Shown here one piece after another: positions 49,461 to 60,146 of a stretch of 64,000 bases of DNA. Numbering within the stretch: the stretch's first letter is position 1; each line of letters starts with the position of its first letter. The stretch is from Patescibacteria group bacterium (GTDB lineage Bacteria; Patescibacteriota; Minisyncoccia; UBA6257; GWB1-50-10). The translations under genes and the position numbers were made by a program. The notes beneath the pieces are model-generated. The model ran no database searches. It was not told the origin of the DNA and saw only the letters and a list, made by a program, of their open reading frames with translations. The stretch spans positions 16,168-80,167 of the forward strand of contig JAMCYI010000013.1 in assembly GCA_023474215.1 (NCBI GenBank), in the 5' to 3' direction.

Positions 49461-51566
49461 ATGCCGAGACAGTACCCATTGGAAAAAGTGAGGGATATCG
49501 GCATTATTGCCCATATCGACGCAGGGAAAACAACGACGTCGGAGCGTGTTTTGTTTTACACAGGCGTTTCCCACAAGATCGGCGAAGTGCACGAAGGGGA
49601 CACCGTTATGGACTGGATGGAGCAAGAACGGGAACGAGGTATTACCATTACCTCGGCCGCCACGACGTGCTTTTGGATACCGACTTCCGCCAAAGGCGAT
49701 AAAGCGCACGAACACCGGATCAACCTCATCGACACTCCCGGACATATCGATTTTACGGTGGAAGTAAAGCGCTCGCTCCGGGTTTTGGACGGCGCCGTCG
49801 TCGTATTTGACGGCGTTGCTGGCGTTGAGCCGCAATCGGAAACGAACTGGCATTATGCGGACGAATATCAAGTGCCAAGGATCTGCTTCATAAACAAACT
49901 TGACCGAATGGGAGCGAGTTTCGATTTCAGCTTCAATTCGATCCTCGAACGGCTGACGCCGAATGCCGTCGCCATGCAAATACCCATCGGCTCGGAATCA
50001 GCTTTTGAAGGTGTCATCGATCTCTTGAACATGAAGGCGGTCCGCTTCGAAGGCGAGCATGGAGAAAAAATCATCGAAAGCGAAATTCCTGCCGATCTTT
50101 TAGAAACGGCCAAGACGAAACGACATGAACTCATCGAAAAGATCGTCGAAAAAGACGATGCCTTGATGGCGGAATACTTGGAAGGAAGGGAGCCTTCGAT
50201 TGACGCCTTGAAGAAGGTTTTGCGGAAAGAGACGATCGCAAACCGCTTGGTGCCCGTTTTTTGCGGATCCGCACTCCAAAACAAAGGCGTGCAGTTGATC
50301 CTTGATGCAGTCATCGATTATCTTCCTTCGCCTTTGGACATGCCCCCGACGAAGGGCATCAATCCCGAAACGGGCAACGAAGAAGAACGGCATCCGAAGG
50401 ACGATGAACCGTTTGCCGGTTTAGCCTTCAAAATAGCCGCTGATCCTTTCGTCGGATCGCTCACGTATTTCCGGATTTACTCGGGCGTCATCAAGCGGGG
50501 CAGCTATATTTTGAATTCGACTAAAAACAACCAAGAGCGCATCGGCAGGATGGTTCGGATGCACGCCAATCACCGCGAAGAGGTGGAAGAATTGTATGCG
50601 GGCGACTTGGGTGCCATCGTCGGCCTTAAAAACACGACGACCGGCGACAGCTTAACCGATCCGGAACATCCGATCATCCTCGAAAAGATCACGTTCCCAG
50701 AACCCGTCATTTCCGTTCGCATCGAACCAAAGACGAAGGCTGATCAGGAAAAAATGGGCATTGCTTTGCATCGTCTTTCCGAAGAAGATCCGACCTTCCG
50801 GGTCGCCGGCGACGAAGAGACGGGCGAAACCATCATTTCAGGCATGGGCGAACTTCACCTCGAGATCATCGTCGATCGCATGAAACGGGAATTCAACGTC
50901 GAAGCGAACGTCGGCAGGCCGCAAGTCGCTTACAAAGAAACCATCAAGGGGAAAGCGGAAGCCGAGGGAAAATACATCAGGCAATCGGGAGGCCGCGGAC
51001 AGTACGGACACGTGTGGATCAACGTGGAACCTTTGGAGCGCGGTACCGGGTTCGAATTCGTGGACGCCATCAAGGGAGGCGTCATCCCGCAGGAATTCAT
51101 ACCGGCCGTGGAAAAGGGTATCCGAGAGGCATTGAATCGCGGCATTTTGGCCGGCTACCCCCTGATCGACCTCAAGGTCCAACTTTTCGACGGATCGTAC
51201 CACGAAGTAGACTCTTCCGAATTCGCTTTCAAGATCGCCGGCTCCATGGCGCTTCAAGAAGCATGTACCAAAGCGAAGCTTGTACTCCTTGAACCGATCA
51301 TGAAGGTGCAAGTCATCGTTCCGCCCGATTTCTTGGGCGACGTGACGGGCGACCTGAGCTCCAAACGCGGTAAGATCAAGGCGATGGGGGAACGGGGCAC
51401 CATTCGCGTTATCGACGCGAACGTCCCGCTTGCTGAAATGTTCGGTTATTCGACCGCACTCAGATCGATGACCCAAGGCCGGGGTTCATTCAACATGGAA
51501 TTTTCCCACTACGAGGAAGTGCCGCAAAATGTGGCTCAAACCATCATCGAGGGAAGAAAGAAATAG
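49461..51566 (+). CDS. fusA: Elongation factor G.
   Basis: G-domain AHIDAGKTT and 701-aa length. Confidence 0.97.
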   Translation: MPRQYPLEKVRDIGIIAHIDAGKTTTSERVLFYTGVSHKIGEVHEGDTVMDWMEQERERGITITSAATTCFWIPTSAKGDKAHEHRINLIDTPGHIDFTVEVKRSLRVLDGAVVVFDGVAGVEPQSETNWHYADEYQVPRICFINKLDRMGASFDFSFNSILERLTPNAVAMQIPIGSESAFEGVIDLLNMKAVRFEGEHGEKIIESEIPADLLETAKTKRHELIEKIVEKDDALMAEYLEGREPSIDALKKVLRKETIANRLVPVFCGSALQNKGVQLILDAVIDYLPSPLDMPPTKGINPETGNEEERHPKDDEPFAGLAFKIAADPFVGSLTYFRIYSGVIKRGSYILNSTKNNQERIGRMVRMHANHREEVEELYAGDLGAIVGLKNTTTGDSLTDPEHPIILEKITFPEPVISVRIEPKTKADQEKMGIALHRLSEEDPTFRVAGDEETGETIISGMGELHLEIIVDRMKREFNVEANVGRPQVAYKETIKGKAEAEGKYIRQSGGRGQYGHVWINVEPLERGTGFEFVDAIKGGVIPQEFIPAVEKGIREALNRGILAGYPLIDLKVQLFDGSYHEVDSSEFAFKIAGSMALQEACTKAKLVLLEPIMKVQVIVPPDFLGDVTGDLSSKRGKIKAMGERGTIRVIDANVPLAEMFGYSTALRSMTQGRGSFNMEFSHYEEVPQNVAQTIIEGRKK

Positions 51567-51669
51567 GAAAACGGACAGGAAACCATTGACAAATCTTGAT
51601 AAAAAGAGGAGAATGTTCTACACTATCAATAACTAAAAGTCTTTAGGTCGAAACAAAAAAACAAAAACC

Positions 51670-52869
51670 ATGGCAGAAAAAGAAAAATACGTAAGAACCA
51701 AACCGCACGTCAACGTTGGGACGATCGGTCACGTGGACCACGGAAAAACGACATTGACCGCGGCCATCACCCACGTCCTTCACATGAAGGGTTTGGCGAA
51801 GAAGGAAGAAGCCGTCGATCAAATCGATAATGCGCCGGAAGAAAGAGCACGCGGCATTACGATCGCGTTGCACCACTCCGAATACGAATCGGAAAAGCGC
51901 CACTATGCGCATATCGATGCTCCGGGACATGCCGATTACATCAAGAACATGATCACGGGCGCCGCACAAATGGACGGCGCAATCCTCGTCGTTTCGGCAG
52001 CTGACGGCCCGATGCCGCAGACGCGGGAGCACATCTTACTCGCATACCAAGTCGGCGTTCCGAAGATCATCGTTTTCCTGAACAAGGTGGACATGGTCGA
52101 CGATCCGGAACTCATCGATCTCGTCGAATCGGAAGTTAGAGAACTTTTGAAGAAGTATCATTTCGACGGAGATGCGACTCCGATCATCCGCGGGTCTGCA
52201 TTGAAAGCGCTCGAAGCGAAATCAGCCGATGACGAAGCTGCAAAGCCGATCCTCGAGCTCGTGAAAGCGTTAGATGATTACATTCCTGAACCGGTCCGTG
52301 CAATCGACAAACCGTTCCTGATGCCGATCGAAGACATCTTTTCGATCGAAGGACGCGGAACCGTCGTAACCGGAAGGGTTGAACGGGGGATCGTCAAAGT
52401 GAACGACGAAGTGGAAATCATCGGTCTCCGGCCGACGACGAAGACGGTCATCACCGGCATCGAAATGTTCCAAAAAACCCTCGATGAAGGGCAGGCAGGC
52501 GATAACGTGGGAGTCCTCCTCCGCGGCTTGAAGAAAGAAGACGTAGAGCGGGGCCAAGTCATCGCAAAGCCAGGCAGCGTTACGCCTCACACCGAATTCA
52601 CGGCGGAGGTGTACGTCCTCTCAAAAGAAGAAGGCGGCCGGCACACGCCGTTCTTCAAGGGGTATAAACCGCAATTCTACATCAGAACGACCGACGTGAC
52701 GGGAGAAGTCACGCTTCCGGAAGGGACCGAAATGGTCATGCCGGGAGATACGGTGAACATCACGGTGAAGCTCATTGCACCGGTCGCCCTTGAAGAGCAG
52801 CAACGGTTCGCCATTCGCGAAGGCGGCAAAACCGTCGGCGCCGGAGTCGTCACAAAGATCATCAAATAA
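51670..52869 (+). CDS. tuf: Elongation factor Tu.
   Basis: [14 protein letters not shown] and NKVD motifs. Confidence 0.98.
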   Translation: MAEKEKYVRTKPHVNVGTIGHVDHGKTTLTAAITHVLHMKGLAKKEEAVDQIDNAPEERARGITIALHHSEYESEKRHYAHIDAPGHADYIKNMITGAAQMDGAILVVSAADGPMPQTREHILLAYQVGVPKIIVFLNKVDMVDDPELIDLVESEVRELLKKYHFDGDATPIIRGSALKALEAKSADDEAAKPILELVKALDDYIPEPVRAIDKPFLMPIEDIFSIEGRGTVVTGRVERGIVKVNDEVEIIGLRPTTKTVITGIEMFQKTLDEGQAGDNVGVLLRGLKKEDVERGQVIAKPGSVTPHTEFTAEVYVLSKEEGGRHTPFFKGYKPQFYIRTTDVTGEVTLPEGTEMVMPGDTVNITVKLIAPVALEEQQRFAIREGGKTVGAGVVTKIIK

Positions 52870-52901
52870 CTAACCATCCATCGCAGCTCTTTCAAACGAC
52901 A

Positions 52902-53234
52902 ATGCCCAAAAAAGATTCAGATCTCCAAAAAGACAAATTGAGAATAAAGATCAAAGCGTACGATCCAAAATTGATCGACAACTCTGTCCGCCAGATCATC
53001 GAAACGATCAAGCGGCAGGGTGGCGAAATCGTAGGACCGATACCTTTGCCGACCGAGTTCAAGAAATATACCGTGAACCGTTCGACGTTCGTGCACAAAA
53101 AATCGAGGGAGCAGTTCGAGCTTCGCATTCACAAACGGCTTCTCGATATCATGAGCCCCGAACAAAAAACGATAGAATCCTTGACCGACCTCAACTTGCC
53201 TTCGGGCGTGGACGTTGAAATCAAGATGGAGTAG
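52902..53234 (+). CDS. rpsJ: 30S ribosomal protein S10.
   Basis: LRIKIKAYD signature. Confidence 0.95.
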   Translation: MPKKDSDLQKDKLRIKIKAYDPKLIDNSVRQIIETIKRQGGEIVGPIPLPTEFKKYTVNRSTFVHKKSREQFELRIHKRLLDIMSPEQKTIESLTDLNLPSGVDVEIKME

Positions 53235-53256
53235 GGATCGAACAAAGAGCACCAAT

Positions 53257-53285
53257 ACAAACACCGCCATCTCGGCGGTGTTTGC
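53257..53285 (+). terminator. Hairpin aaacaccgcc-atct-cggcggtgttt after rpsJ.
   Basis: 10-bp perfect stem followed by gcgttat (a weak T-tract). Confidence 0.45.
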
Positions 53286-53294
53286 GTTATGCCA

Positions 53295-53437
53295 CAGGGA
53301 GGATTTTCTTCTCGCAAACACGCGTCGCGTTTCCCGGCGCGAAACGCGCGCTCGTGCTCATTCTCGCTCTTCTCGCTCCGCTCGAAACCATGCCCGCTCG
53401 GACTCCGCAACGGTTTTCTCAGAGAAAATCCTCCCTG
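53295..53437 (+). repeat. Structured repeat element, copy 1: 15-bp perfect inverted repeat enclosing a 113-nt GC-rich core.
   Basis: cagggaggattttct / agaaaatcctccctg. The core contains nested hairpins (cgcgttt...aaacgcg). Confidence 0.6.
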
Positions 53438-53455
53438 CGAATCCAATCACAACGA

Positions 53456-53606
53456 GCAGATATCCATCATATCCGAACGGGCAGCTCTCGGAGGCGAAAA
53501 AGCTCGGTTCCGCCCGTGAGGCGGATTTTTCGCCGAGAGCGCAGGATGGCTTTCGCCGCCGGAGCGAAAGAACGCCCGGTGCTGAGAGGATATGATGGAT
53601 ATCTGC
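53456..53606 (-). repeat. Structured repeat element, copy 2 (inverted relative to copy 1): 19-bp perfect inverted repeat enclosing a 113-nt core.
   Basis: gcagatatccatcatatcc / ggatatgatggatatctgc. The core shares segments with copy 1 and copy H (tcgctccg..cgaaa.ccat.c..cgctc.gg, tctcggaggc, gccgagagc). Confidence 0.6.
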
Positions 53607-53719
53607 GACTCTCCTGTTGACAAAAAATGCCCTTTTGTCTACTATAAGACCCAAGGAGACAAGTAGCCAAAAGAACGACCGTGGCGAAGTCCCGGCCATT
53701 TTTTTTGACCATACTAACC

Positions 53720-54139
53720 ATGAAAGTCAGCGGCACAAAACTAAAAATGTCTCAAGTTTGGAAGGAAGACGAGTGCATAGCCGTCACGCCGGTTAAAGTT
53801 GCCGAAAACTCCGATCTTTCAGAAGTGAAAGAGGGGGAATTGGTAAAAGTAAGCGGCACAACGAAAGGGCGTGGTTTTCAAGGCGTTGTGAAACGGCATG
53901 GCTTCCACGGAGGTCCCAAGAGCCACGGACAAAAAGACCGTTTGCGCGCTCCTGGATCGAACGGTCCGACGGCACCCCAAAGAACCATCAAAGGAAGAAG
54001 GATGGCAGGACACATGGGTGTCGAAAGAGTGACCGTCAAAAATCTGGAAGTCATCGGCGTCAAAGCTGACGAAAAGATCGTCCTTATGAAGGGGGCGATC
54101 CCCGGACCGGTCGGCGGAAAAATCGAAATACAAAAATGA
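53720..54139 (+). CDS. rplC: 50S ribosomal protein L3 (short form).
   Basis: MKVSGTKLKMSQVW N-terminus and C-terminal GAIPGP. Confidence 0.8.
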   Translation: MKVSGTKLKMSQVWKEDECIAVTPVKVAENSDLSEVKEGELVKVSGTTKGRGFQGVVKRHGFHGGPKSHGQKDRLRAPGSNGPTAPQRTIKGRRMAGHMGVERVTVKNLEVIGVKADEKIVLMKGAIPGPVGGKIEIQK

Positions 54140-54765
54140 AACTGGACGTTTTTGATAAGGCCAATAAAAAGACGGGAACCGTTGAGGTATCAGAATCGCT
54201 TTTTGCCGTAAAATGGAATCCCGATCTCGTTCATCAAGCCTTCGTGGCATTTACCTCGAACGGAAGGCGGCCGTGGGCGCACACCAAAGACCGATCAGAG
54301 GTTTCCGGCGGCGGTAAGAAGCCGTGGAGCCAAAAGCATACCGGCCGTTCGCGGCATGGTTCGACCCGGTCACCGCTTTGGATCGGCGGCGGCGTCACCT
54401 TCGGACCGCGGAACGAGAAGGATTATTCGAAGAAGATCAACGCAAAAATGAAAAAGCTTGCTTTGCTTTCAGTCCTCTCCAAAAAGATCAAGGATAACGA
54501 CATGAAGATAGTGGACGATCTCAATTTAGAAGCACCGAAAACGAAGAAAGCAGCCGAAGTCATGAAAAATCTGTCGGAGAAACGCGGCCGGGTCCTTTTG
54601 GTCGTTGAACCAAAAAATAAAACGGCGCTTTTGGCCTTCCGCAATCTTCCAACCGTTGAACTTTCGACGCCGCAATCCCTGAACATCTATGAATCTCTTC
54701 TTTCTCGGAAGATCTTTTTCGAGAAGGAGGCCTTGTCGACGTTCGCTAAAAAATACGAAAAATAG
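54136..54765 (+). CDS. rplD: 50S ribosomal protein L4.
   Basis: Family pattern and position. Confidence 0.9.
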   Translation: MKLDVFDKANKKTGTVEVSESLFAVKWNPDLVHQAFVAFTSNGRRPWAHTKDRSEVSGGGKKPWSQKHTGRSRHGSTRSPLWIGGGVTFGPRNEKDYSKKINAKMKKLALLSVLSKKIKDNDMKIVDDLNLEAPKTKKAAEVMKNLSEKRGRVLLVVEPKNKTALLAFRNLPTVELSTPQSLNIYESLLSRKIFFEKEALSTFAKKYEK

Positions 54766-54767
54766 CC

Positions 54768-55154
54768 ATGGCCATTTTTAAAAAACAACCGAAAACCGCA
54801 CAGGAAGAGCCCGCAGTCAAAGCGGAACAACCCAAGGCGGAACAGCAAAAGAAGGCCGAACCGAAAAAAGCGGCAAAGCACGCAGCGCGGAACGTTTTGG
54901 TAAAGCCGTGGATCACCGAACGGGCGACCGATCTTTCGGCGCTCAATAAATACGTCTTTCTTGTCGACGGGTCCGCAACAAAGCCGCTCGTCAAAGAAAA
55001 CATCGCCGAACGCTACAACGTGAAGCCCACGGCCGTCGACATCGTGAACATAAAGGGAAAACTGAAATACTTCAGGAACCAACCTCGTCGGCGCCAGTCG
55101 ATCAAAAAAGCGATCATAACCCTCAAAAAAGGGGATAAGATCGAAATACAATAA
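54768..55154 (+). CDS. rplW: 50S ribosomal protein L23 with a Lys/Ala-rich N-terminal extension.
   Basis: Conserved C-terminal L23 core. Position. Confidence 0.85.
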   Translation: MAIFKKQPKTAQEEPAVKAEQPKAEQQKKAEPKKAAKHAARNVLVKPWITERATDLSALNKYVFLVDGSATKPLVKENIAERYNVKPTAVDIVNIKGKLKYFRNQPRRRQSIKKAIITLKKGDKIEIQ

Positions 55155-55156
55155 CC

Positions 55157-55981
55157 ATGATCAAGAAACTGAACCCCCGAACTCCATCAACGAGATCAAT
55201 GACGGTAGCCGACTATCGGGGTCTTTCCGCCGTGAAACCCCGAAAACAGCTCACCGAGCGCCTCAAGAAAAACGCCGGAAGGAACAATCAGGGGAAAATT
55301 TCCATGCGGCACCAAGGGGGCGGGAACAAGATCGTCTATCGCCAGATCGACTTCAAGCAATCGAAGATCGGCATACCGGGGAAGATAGAAACCATCGAAT
55401 ACGATCCATACCGAACCGCTTTCATCGCCCTCGTCCTCTATGCGGACGGGGAACGAAGGTATATTTTGGCGCCACACACCATGAAGGTTGGCGACCGCAT
55501 CCTTACGGACCCCAATGCACCTCTCGAGAACGGCATGAGGACCGTTTTGAAACGGATTCCCGTCGGAGCATTCGTCCACAACGTGGAATTGCAGCCGGGA
55601 ACGGGAGGGCAACTCATCCGCTCTGCGGGAGCGTCGGCACAAATCCTCGCGCACGAAGACGGCTACACGCATCTCAAAATGCCGTCCGGTGAAATAAGAA
55701 AAATACTGTGGGATTGCTACGCTTCCATTGGACAAATATCCAATCCAGAATATAATTTGGTAACACTCGGCAAGGCGGGACGATCGCGGTGGCTGAACAT
55801 CCGGCCGACCGTCCGCGGCTCCGTCATGAACCCGCGGGATCACCCTTACGGCGGCGGCGAAGGCCGGCAACCGCGGGGAACCAGGAAACCCAAGACCAAA
55901 TGGGGGAAGATCACCGGTGGTCACAAAACCAGGAGAAAGAACCGGTATTCAAATAAACTTATCGTCAAACGAAGAAAATAA
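55157..55981 (+). CDS. rplB: 50S ribosomal protein L2.
   Basis: L2 signatures and 274-aa length. Confidence 0.97.
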   Translation: MIKKLNPRTPSTRSMTVADYRGLSAVKPRKQLTERLKKNAGRNNQGKISMRHQGGGNKIVYRQIDFKQSKIGIPGKIETIEYDPYRTAFIALVLYADGERRYILAPHTMKVGDRILTDPNAPLENGMRTVLKRIPVGAFVHNVELQPGTGGQLIRSAGASAQILAHEDGYTHLKMPSGEIRKILWDCYASIGQISNPEYNLVTLGKAGRSRWLNIRPTVRGSVMNPRDHPYGGGEGRQPRGTRKPKTKWGKITGGHKTRRKNRYSNKLIVKRRK

Positions 55982-55985
55982 AACC

Positions 55986-56303
55986 ATGTCACGATCAAGC
56001 AAAAAAGGTCCGTTTGTGGATCCCAAACTCCTGAAGAAGATCTCGAAACTGAAAGCGAGCGATGCGCCAGCCATTAAAACGTGGTCGCGCGATTCTGAAA
56101 TCTCTCCCGAGATGGTCGGATTCCTTTTTCTCGTCCACAATGGAAAGAACTTCATTGAAGTTCGCATCAACGAGGACATGGTCGGACATCACCTCGGCGA
56201 ATTCGCGCCGACAAGGAAATTCATCAAGCACGGCGGAAAGATGCAAAAAGAACTCGAAAAAGGAGCAACGCCGGCGCCGGCGCCTGCAGCGGGCAATAAA
56301 TAA
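55986..56303 (+). CDS. rpsS: 30S ribosomal protein S19.
   Basis: [13 protein letters not shown]-terminus. Confidence 0.9.
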   Translation: MSRSSKKGPFVDPKLLKKISKLKASDAPAIKTWSRDSEISPEMVGFLFLVHNGKNFIEVRINEDMVGHHLGEFAPTRKFIKHGGKMQKELEKGATPAPAPAAGNK

Positions 56304-56854
56304 TGAATTCTATGGCGAATGAAGTAACTGAAATAAAAGCAACCCTCAAGTACCTCCGCATGCCTCATCGGAAGGTGCGTTTTGTCGCGGACCTTTTGAA
56401 AAACCTTCCCGTGGACGTTGCCGAAGCGAAGCTCACTGTGAATCCGAGGCGCTCCAAGGAACCCTTATTGAAGCTTTTGCGATCGGCCGTTTCGAACGCC
56501 GCAACCAATCACCATCTCGACACGAAAAAACTGTTCGTCAAAACGATAACGGTGGACAACGGCCCGATGTTCAAGCGATGGATAACCCGATCGCGGGGAG
56601 GCGTCGACCCGATCCAAAAAAAGACGAGTCACGTGACAATGGTCTTAGGAGTTTCCGATCACCAGGTCGGGGGCGCATTTACGTTCGTACGAACCAAAAA
56701 ATCCAAGAAGGAAACCAAACCGGAAAAAGAAGAAAAGCAAACCAAACAGCCGAAACAAGAACCGGTCATAAAAGAAATGAAAGAGATCGACACGCCAAAA
56801 CCAGCGGCTGAAACCGGAGCGCTGAAGAAGGTTTTCAGAAGGAAAGCGATCTAA
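56303..56854 (+). CDS. rplV: 50S ribosomal protein L22 with a C-terminal basic extension.
   Basis: L22 core plus Lys-rich tail. Confidence 0.9.
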   Translation: MNSMANEVTEIKATLKYLRMPHRKVRFVADLLKNLPVDVAEAKLTVNPRRSKEPLLKLLRSAVSNAATNHHLDTKKLFVKTITVDNGPMFKRWITRSRGGVDPIQKKTSHVTMVLGVSDHQVGGAFTFVRTKKSKKETKPEKEEKQTKQPKQEPVIKEMKEIDTPKPAAETGALKKVFRRKAI

Positions 56855-56868
56855 AAATATTTAAAGAC

Positions 56869-57540
56869 ATGGCTCAAAAAATAAAACCAAATGCATACCG
56901 GCTCGGAGTGACCATCCCATGGTCATCGCGATGGTTCTTGAAAAAATCGAACAAATTCTTTGTGGAAGAGGATCATATGATCCGTGAGATCATCAATGCC
57001 TCGATCCTGCCTGCCGGCATCGCAGCAATCGACATTGAACGCGCAGGCGAAAACGTCCGCGTGAACATCAAATCCGCCAAGCCGGGACTCATTATCGGCA
57101 GGGGAGGGAAAGGCATCGAAGAGCTGAAAAACAAGATCCAAAAGGCGCTGAAAAAACTGAGGAAGAAGAATACTATCAATCAAAACTTTTCGCTGAATAT
57201 CAACATCGAAGAGCTCAAACGATTCGAAATTTCCGCAGCCGTCATCGCGCAGCAATTAGCGGCAGATCTCCAAAAGAGGCTTCCGTACCGGCGCGTCATG
57301 AAGCGGGGATTGGAATCGATCATGCAAAATCGGGATGTGAAGGGAGCGAAGATTAAAATGGGCGGCCGTCTCGACGGCGCGGAAATATCGAGAAGCGATT
57401 TTCTCTTGAAGGGCAAAATGCCCCTCTCAAGCCTCCGATCGAACATCGATTACGGCGAGGCGACATCGCACAATTCATACGGCACCGTCGGCATCAAAGT
57501 ATGGATCTATAAAGGCGAGATTTTTGAAGAAACCAAGTAA
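56869..57540 (+). CDS. rpsC: 30S ribosomal protein S3.
   Basis: MAQKIKPNAYRLGV N-terminus and KH domain. Confidence 0.95.
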   Translation: MAQKIKPNAYRLGVTIPWSSRWFLKKSNKFFVEEDHMIREIINASILPAGIAAIDIERAGENVRVNIKSAKPGLIIGRGGKGIEELKNKIQKALKKLRKKNTINQNFSLNINIEELKRFEISAAVIAQQLAADLQKRLPYRRVMKRGLESIMQNRDVKGAKIKMGGRLDGAEISRSDFLLKGKMPLSSLRSNIDYGEATSHNSYGTVGIKVWIYKGEIFEETK

Positions 57541-57549
57541 GAGACCGAC

Positions 57550-57966
57550 ATGTTTCTGCAACCAAAAAAACAAAAGCATCGAAAACAGCAAAAAGGAAGG
57601 TCCAAGAAACGGATGAAAGAGACAAGGGGACTCTCCTTGAGCTTTGGCACCGTCGGCCTTCAAGCAACCGAAGCGGCCTGGATAACGGGGCAGCAAATCG
57701 AAGCAGCGAGAAAATCGATCGCGCACGCTCTGAAAAAAGGCGGTAAGAGCTGGATCCGCATTTTCCCCGATAAACCGATCACAAAGCTTCCTCCGGAAGT
57801 GACGCTCGGAGGCGGCAAGGGAAACATCGATCATTATGTCGCCCCGGTACGCCCCGGCAGGGTTCTCTTTGAAATAGACGGCATACCGAAAGCAGCAGCC
57901 CATGAAGCGCTCCGCATCGCCGGACACAAACTTCCGGTCAAAACAAAAATCATCGAAAAGAACTAA
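57550..57966 (+). CDS. rplP: 50S ribosomal protein L16.
   Basis: Family signature. Confidence 0.95.
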   Translation: MFLQPKKQKHRKQQKGRSKKRMKETRGLSLSFGTVGLQATEAAWITGQQIEAARKSIAHALKKGGKSWIRIFPDKPITKLPPEVTLGGGKGNIDHYVAPVRPGRVLFEIDGIPKAAAHEALRIAGHKLPVKTKIIEKN

Positions 57967-57967
57967 C

Positions 57968-58168
57968 ATGGCGAAGAAAGAAGCAAAAAATTTAAACAAC
58001 GTTCCGATAATCGAATTGGAAAAAGAACTCGCGGAAGAGCGTCAAAAGCTCGTGGATTTGAAATTTAATCTGGCGGCTGGTAAAGTGAAGAACATCAAAG
58101 AGGTCAAAAAGACCAAGGTGAGGATAGCGCAAATCCTCACGGCTAAAAACGCGCGCAAAGAGAACTAA
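57968..58168 (+). CDS. rpmC: 50S ribosomal protein L29.
   Basis: 66-aa helical protein in the correct position. Confidence 0.85.
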   Translation: MAKKEAKNLNNVPIIELEKELAEERQKLVDLKFNLAAGKVKNIKEVKKTKVRIAQILTAKNARKEN

Positions 58169-58172
58169 TACC

Positions 58173-58400
58173 ATGAGAAAACTCCAAGGCATCGTCGTTT
58201 CCGATAAAATGCAAAAAACGAGAATTGTGGAGGTTGAACGCCTGAAAAAACACCCCCGCTATCAGAAATTCTACAAAGTAACGCAGCGCTTCAAAGCGCA
58301 TGACGAGAAGAACGAATACAAGACGGGAGAAAAGGTGATCATCCAGGATTCGAGACCGCTCAGCAAAGATAAACGCTGGGTCATCAGCGGACGCGTATAA
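58173..58400 (+). CDS. rpsQ: 30S ribosomal protein S17.
   Basis: Family signature. Confidence 0.93.
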   Translation: MRKLQGIVVSDKMQKTRIVEVERLKKHPRYQKFYKVTQRFKAHDEKNEYKTGEKVIIQDSRPLSKDKRWVISGRV

Positions 58401-58404
58401 AATC

Positions 58405-58776
58405 ATGATACAGGAACGTTCCATATTAAAAGTGGCGGACAACTCGGGTGCGAAAATCGTACGGTGTTTCCGGATTTTGGGAGGCAGCAAGCGGAGATAT
58501 GCGCGCATCGGCGATGTCGTCGTGGCGTCCGTCCAAACCGCGGAACCTCGGAAACAGATCAAGAAAAAGGATATCGTGAACGTCTTGGTCGTCCGACAGC
58601 GTGAACCGCTGCGACGGAAAGACGGCTCCTATGTCCGGTTCGGCGACAATGCCGTCGTCATCATCGATAAGGATAAAAAAGAACCGAAGGCGACCAGGGT
58701 TTTCGGTCCGCTTCCGCGGGAAATAAAAGAACAGGGATACGACACCATCGCATCGCTTGCCGAAGAACTGGTGTAA
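58405..58776 (+). CDS. rplN: 50S ribosomal protein L14.
   Basis: MIQERSILKVADNSGAK N-terminus. Confidence 0.97.
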   Translation: MIQERSILKVADNSGAKIVRCFRILGGSKRRYARIGDVVVASVQTAEPRKQIKKKDIVNVLVVRQREPLRRKDGSYVRFGDNAVVIIDKDKKEPKATRVFGPLPREIKEQGYDTIASLAEELV

Positions 58777-58782
58777 TACAAC

Positions 58783-59088
58783 ATGAAAATCAAGAAAGGG
58801 GACATGGTAAAAATAACGACGGGAAAAGATGCCGGAAAAAGCGGCAAGATTATTAATGTCGACTCGCGAGCCGGCAAAATAGTCGTTGAAGGGTTGAACA
58901 TATTCAAAAAGCACGCGCGCCCCAGAACACAAAACGAAAAAGGACAGATCGTCGACGTTCCGCGGCCGATACAAGCCTCGAACGTCTTACTCGTATGCCC
59001 TTCGTGCCATAAGCCGACGCGGATCGGCACAAAAATCAACGGAACGAAAAAGGAAAGAGTGTGCAGAAAATGCAAAGCGATCATATAA
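58783..59088 (+). CDS. rplX: 50S ribosomal protein L24.
   Basis: KOW motif MKIKKGDMVKIT. Confidence 0.93.
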   Translation: MKIKKGDMVKITTGKDAGKSGKIINVDSRAGKIVVEGLNIFKKHARPRTQNEKGQIVDVPRPIQASNVLLVCPSCHKPTRIGTKINGTKKERVCRKCKAII

Positions 59089-59093
59089 CGACC

Positions 59094-59576
59094 ATGGAAG
59101 ACTTTATGAAAAAAATCGAAAAAGTGGTGGTCAATTCCGGCATCGGGAGACGCAGCCAGGAAGATCATTTTGAAGACAAGGGCTTGCCGGAGATCGAGAA
59201 AGACCTTGCGGCAATCACCGGTCAAAAAGCTTCCCGGAGACAAGCGAAACAATCCATCGCTGGATTCAAAGTGCGCGCAGGGCAGATTATTGGTCTCAAG
59301 GTGACACTCCGGGGATCACGCATGAAAAATTTCTTGGAAAAAACCATCAATCTTGCTTTGCCCCGCGTTAAGGATTTTCGCGGATTGAACCTTTCAAATG
59401 TCGATGCGAACGGGAATTTGAACATTGGATTTAAAGATCAAACCGTTTTCCCGGAAATAGAATTGGAAAAAACAAGGACGATGTTCGGCATTCAAGTCAC
59501 GATCGTCCCAAAGGACAAAAATCGCGATGCTGCAATTGATTTATACCGCAACCTTGGGGTACCATTGAAGAAATAA
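59094..59576 (+). CDS. rplE: 50S ribosomal protein L5.
   Basis: [10 protein letters not shown]-terminal core. Confidence 0.9.
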   Translation: MEDFMKKIEKVVVNSGIGRRSQEDHFEDKGLPEIEKDLAAITGQKASRRQAKQSIAGFKVRAGQIIGLKVTLRGSRMKNFLEKTINLALPRVKDFRGLNLSNVDANGNLNIGFKDQTVFPEIELEKTRTMFGIQVTIVPKDKNRDAAIDLYRNLGVPLKK

Positions 59577-59580
59577 ATTC

Positions 59581-59766
59581 ATGTCAAAGACATCTACCTA
59601 CGTACGATCCAAAAGAACGCCGAAATTCACGACCAGGAAAGTGAATCGCTGTTTTCGCTGCGGAAGAGCGCACGGTTACCTTCGGGATTTCAATCTTTGC
59701 AGGATTTGTTTCAGGGAACTCGCGAGCCGGGGCGAAATTCCGGGAATTAAAAAGGCAAGCTGGTAA
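59581..59766 (+). CDS. rpsN: 30S ribosomal protein S14, type Z (zinc-binding, 61 aa).
   Basis: CFRCGR...CRIC motif. Confidence 0.93.
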   Translation: MSKTSTYVRSKRTPKFTTRKVNRCFRCGRAHGYLRDFNLCRICFRELASRGEIPGIKKASW

Positions 59767-59767
59767 T

Positions 59768-60139
59768 ATGTACATCGATCTCATCATAAAAATCAAAAAC
59801 GCCCAAAAGGCGAAAAAGGAAACCGTCAAGAGCCGCTATTCTAAATTGGACAAGGCGGTCGTCGACATTCTCGAAATGAAGGGCTTCGTCAAGAATTCCG
59901 AGGTCAAGGGAAAGGGATACAAGAAGTACATCGAGATGAACGTCATGGGGAGAAAGACGATCCAAGGCATACGGATCTTGAGCAAGCCTTCGGTCAAGCA
60001 ATATCTCGGCTATCGCGATATTCGGAGCGTTAAGAGCGGCTTCGGAACCCTCATTCTTTCGACACCGAAAGGGATCCTTTCGGGAAGTGATGCGAAAAAA
60101 CTCGGCGTCGGAGGTCAACTTTTGTTCGAAATTTGGTAA
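59768..60139 (+). CDS. rpsH: 30S ribosomal protein S8.
   Basis: Family pattern. Confidence 0.93.
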   Translation: MYIDLIIKIKNAQKAKKETVKSRYSKLDKAVVDILEMKGFVKNSEVKGKGYKKYIEMNVMGRKTIQGIRILSKPSVKQYLGYRDIRSVKSGFGTLILSTPKGILSGSDAKKLGVGGQLLFEIW

Positions 60140-60146
60140 CACTACT

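Noticed and set aside
53215-53736. Multiple overlapping ORFs of 76-126 aa in several frames on both strands between rpsJ and rplC.
   Set aside because: The region is GC-rich, non-coding and repeat-structured. The ORFs overlap one another and the long inverted repeats, and they are Arg/Ala/Ser-rich as expected from GC-rich noise.
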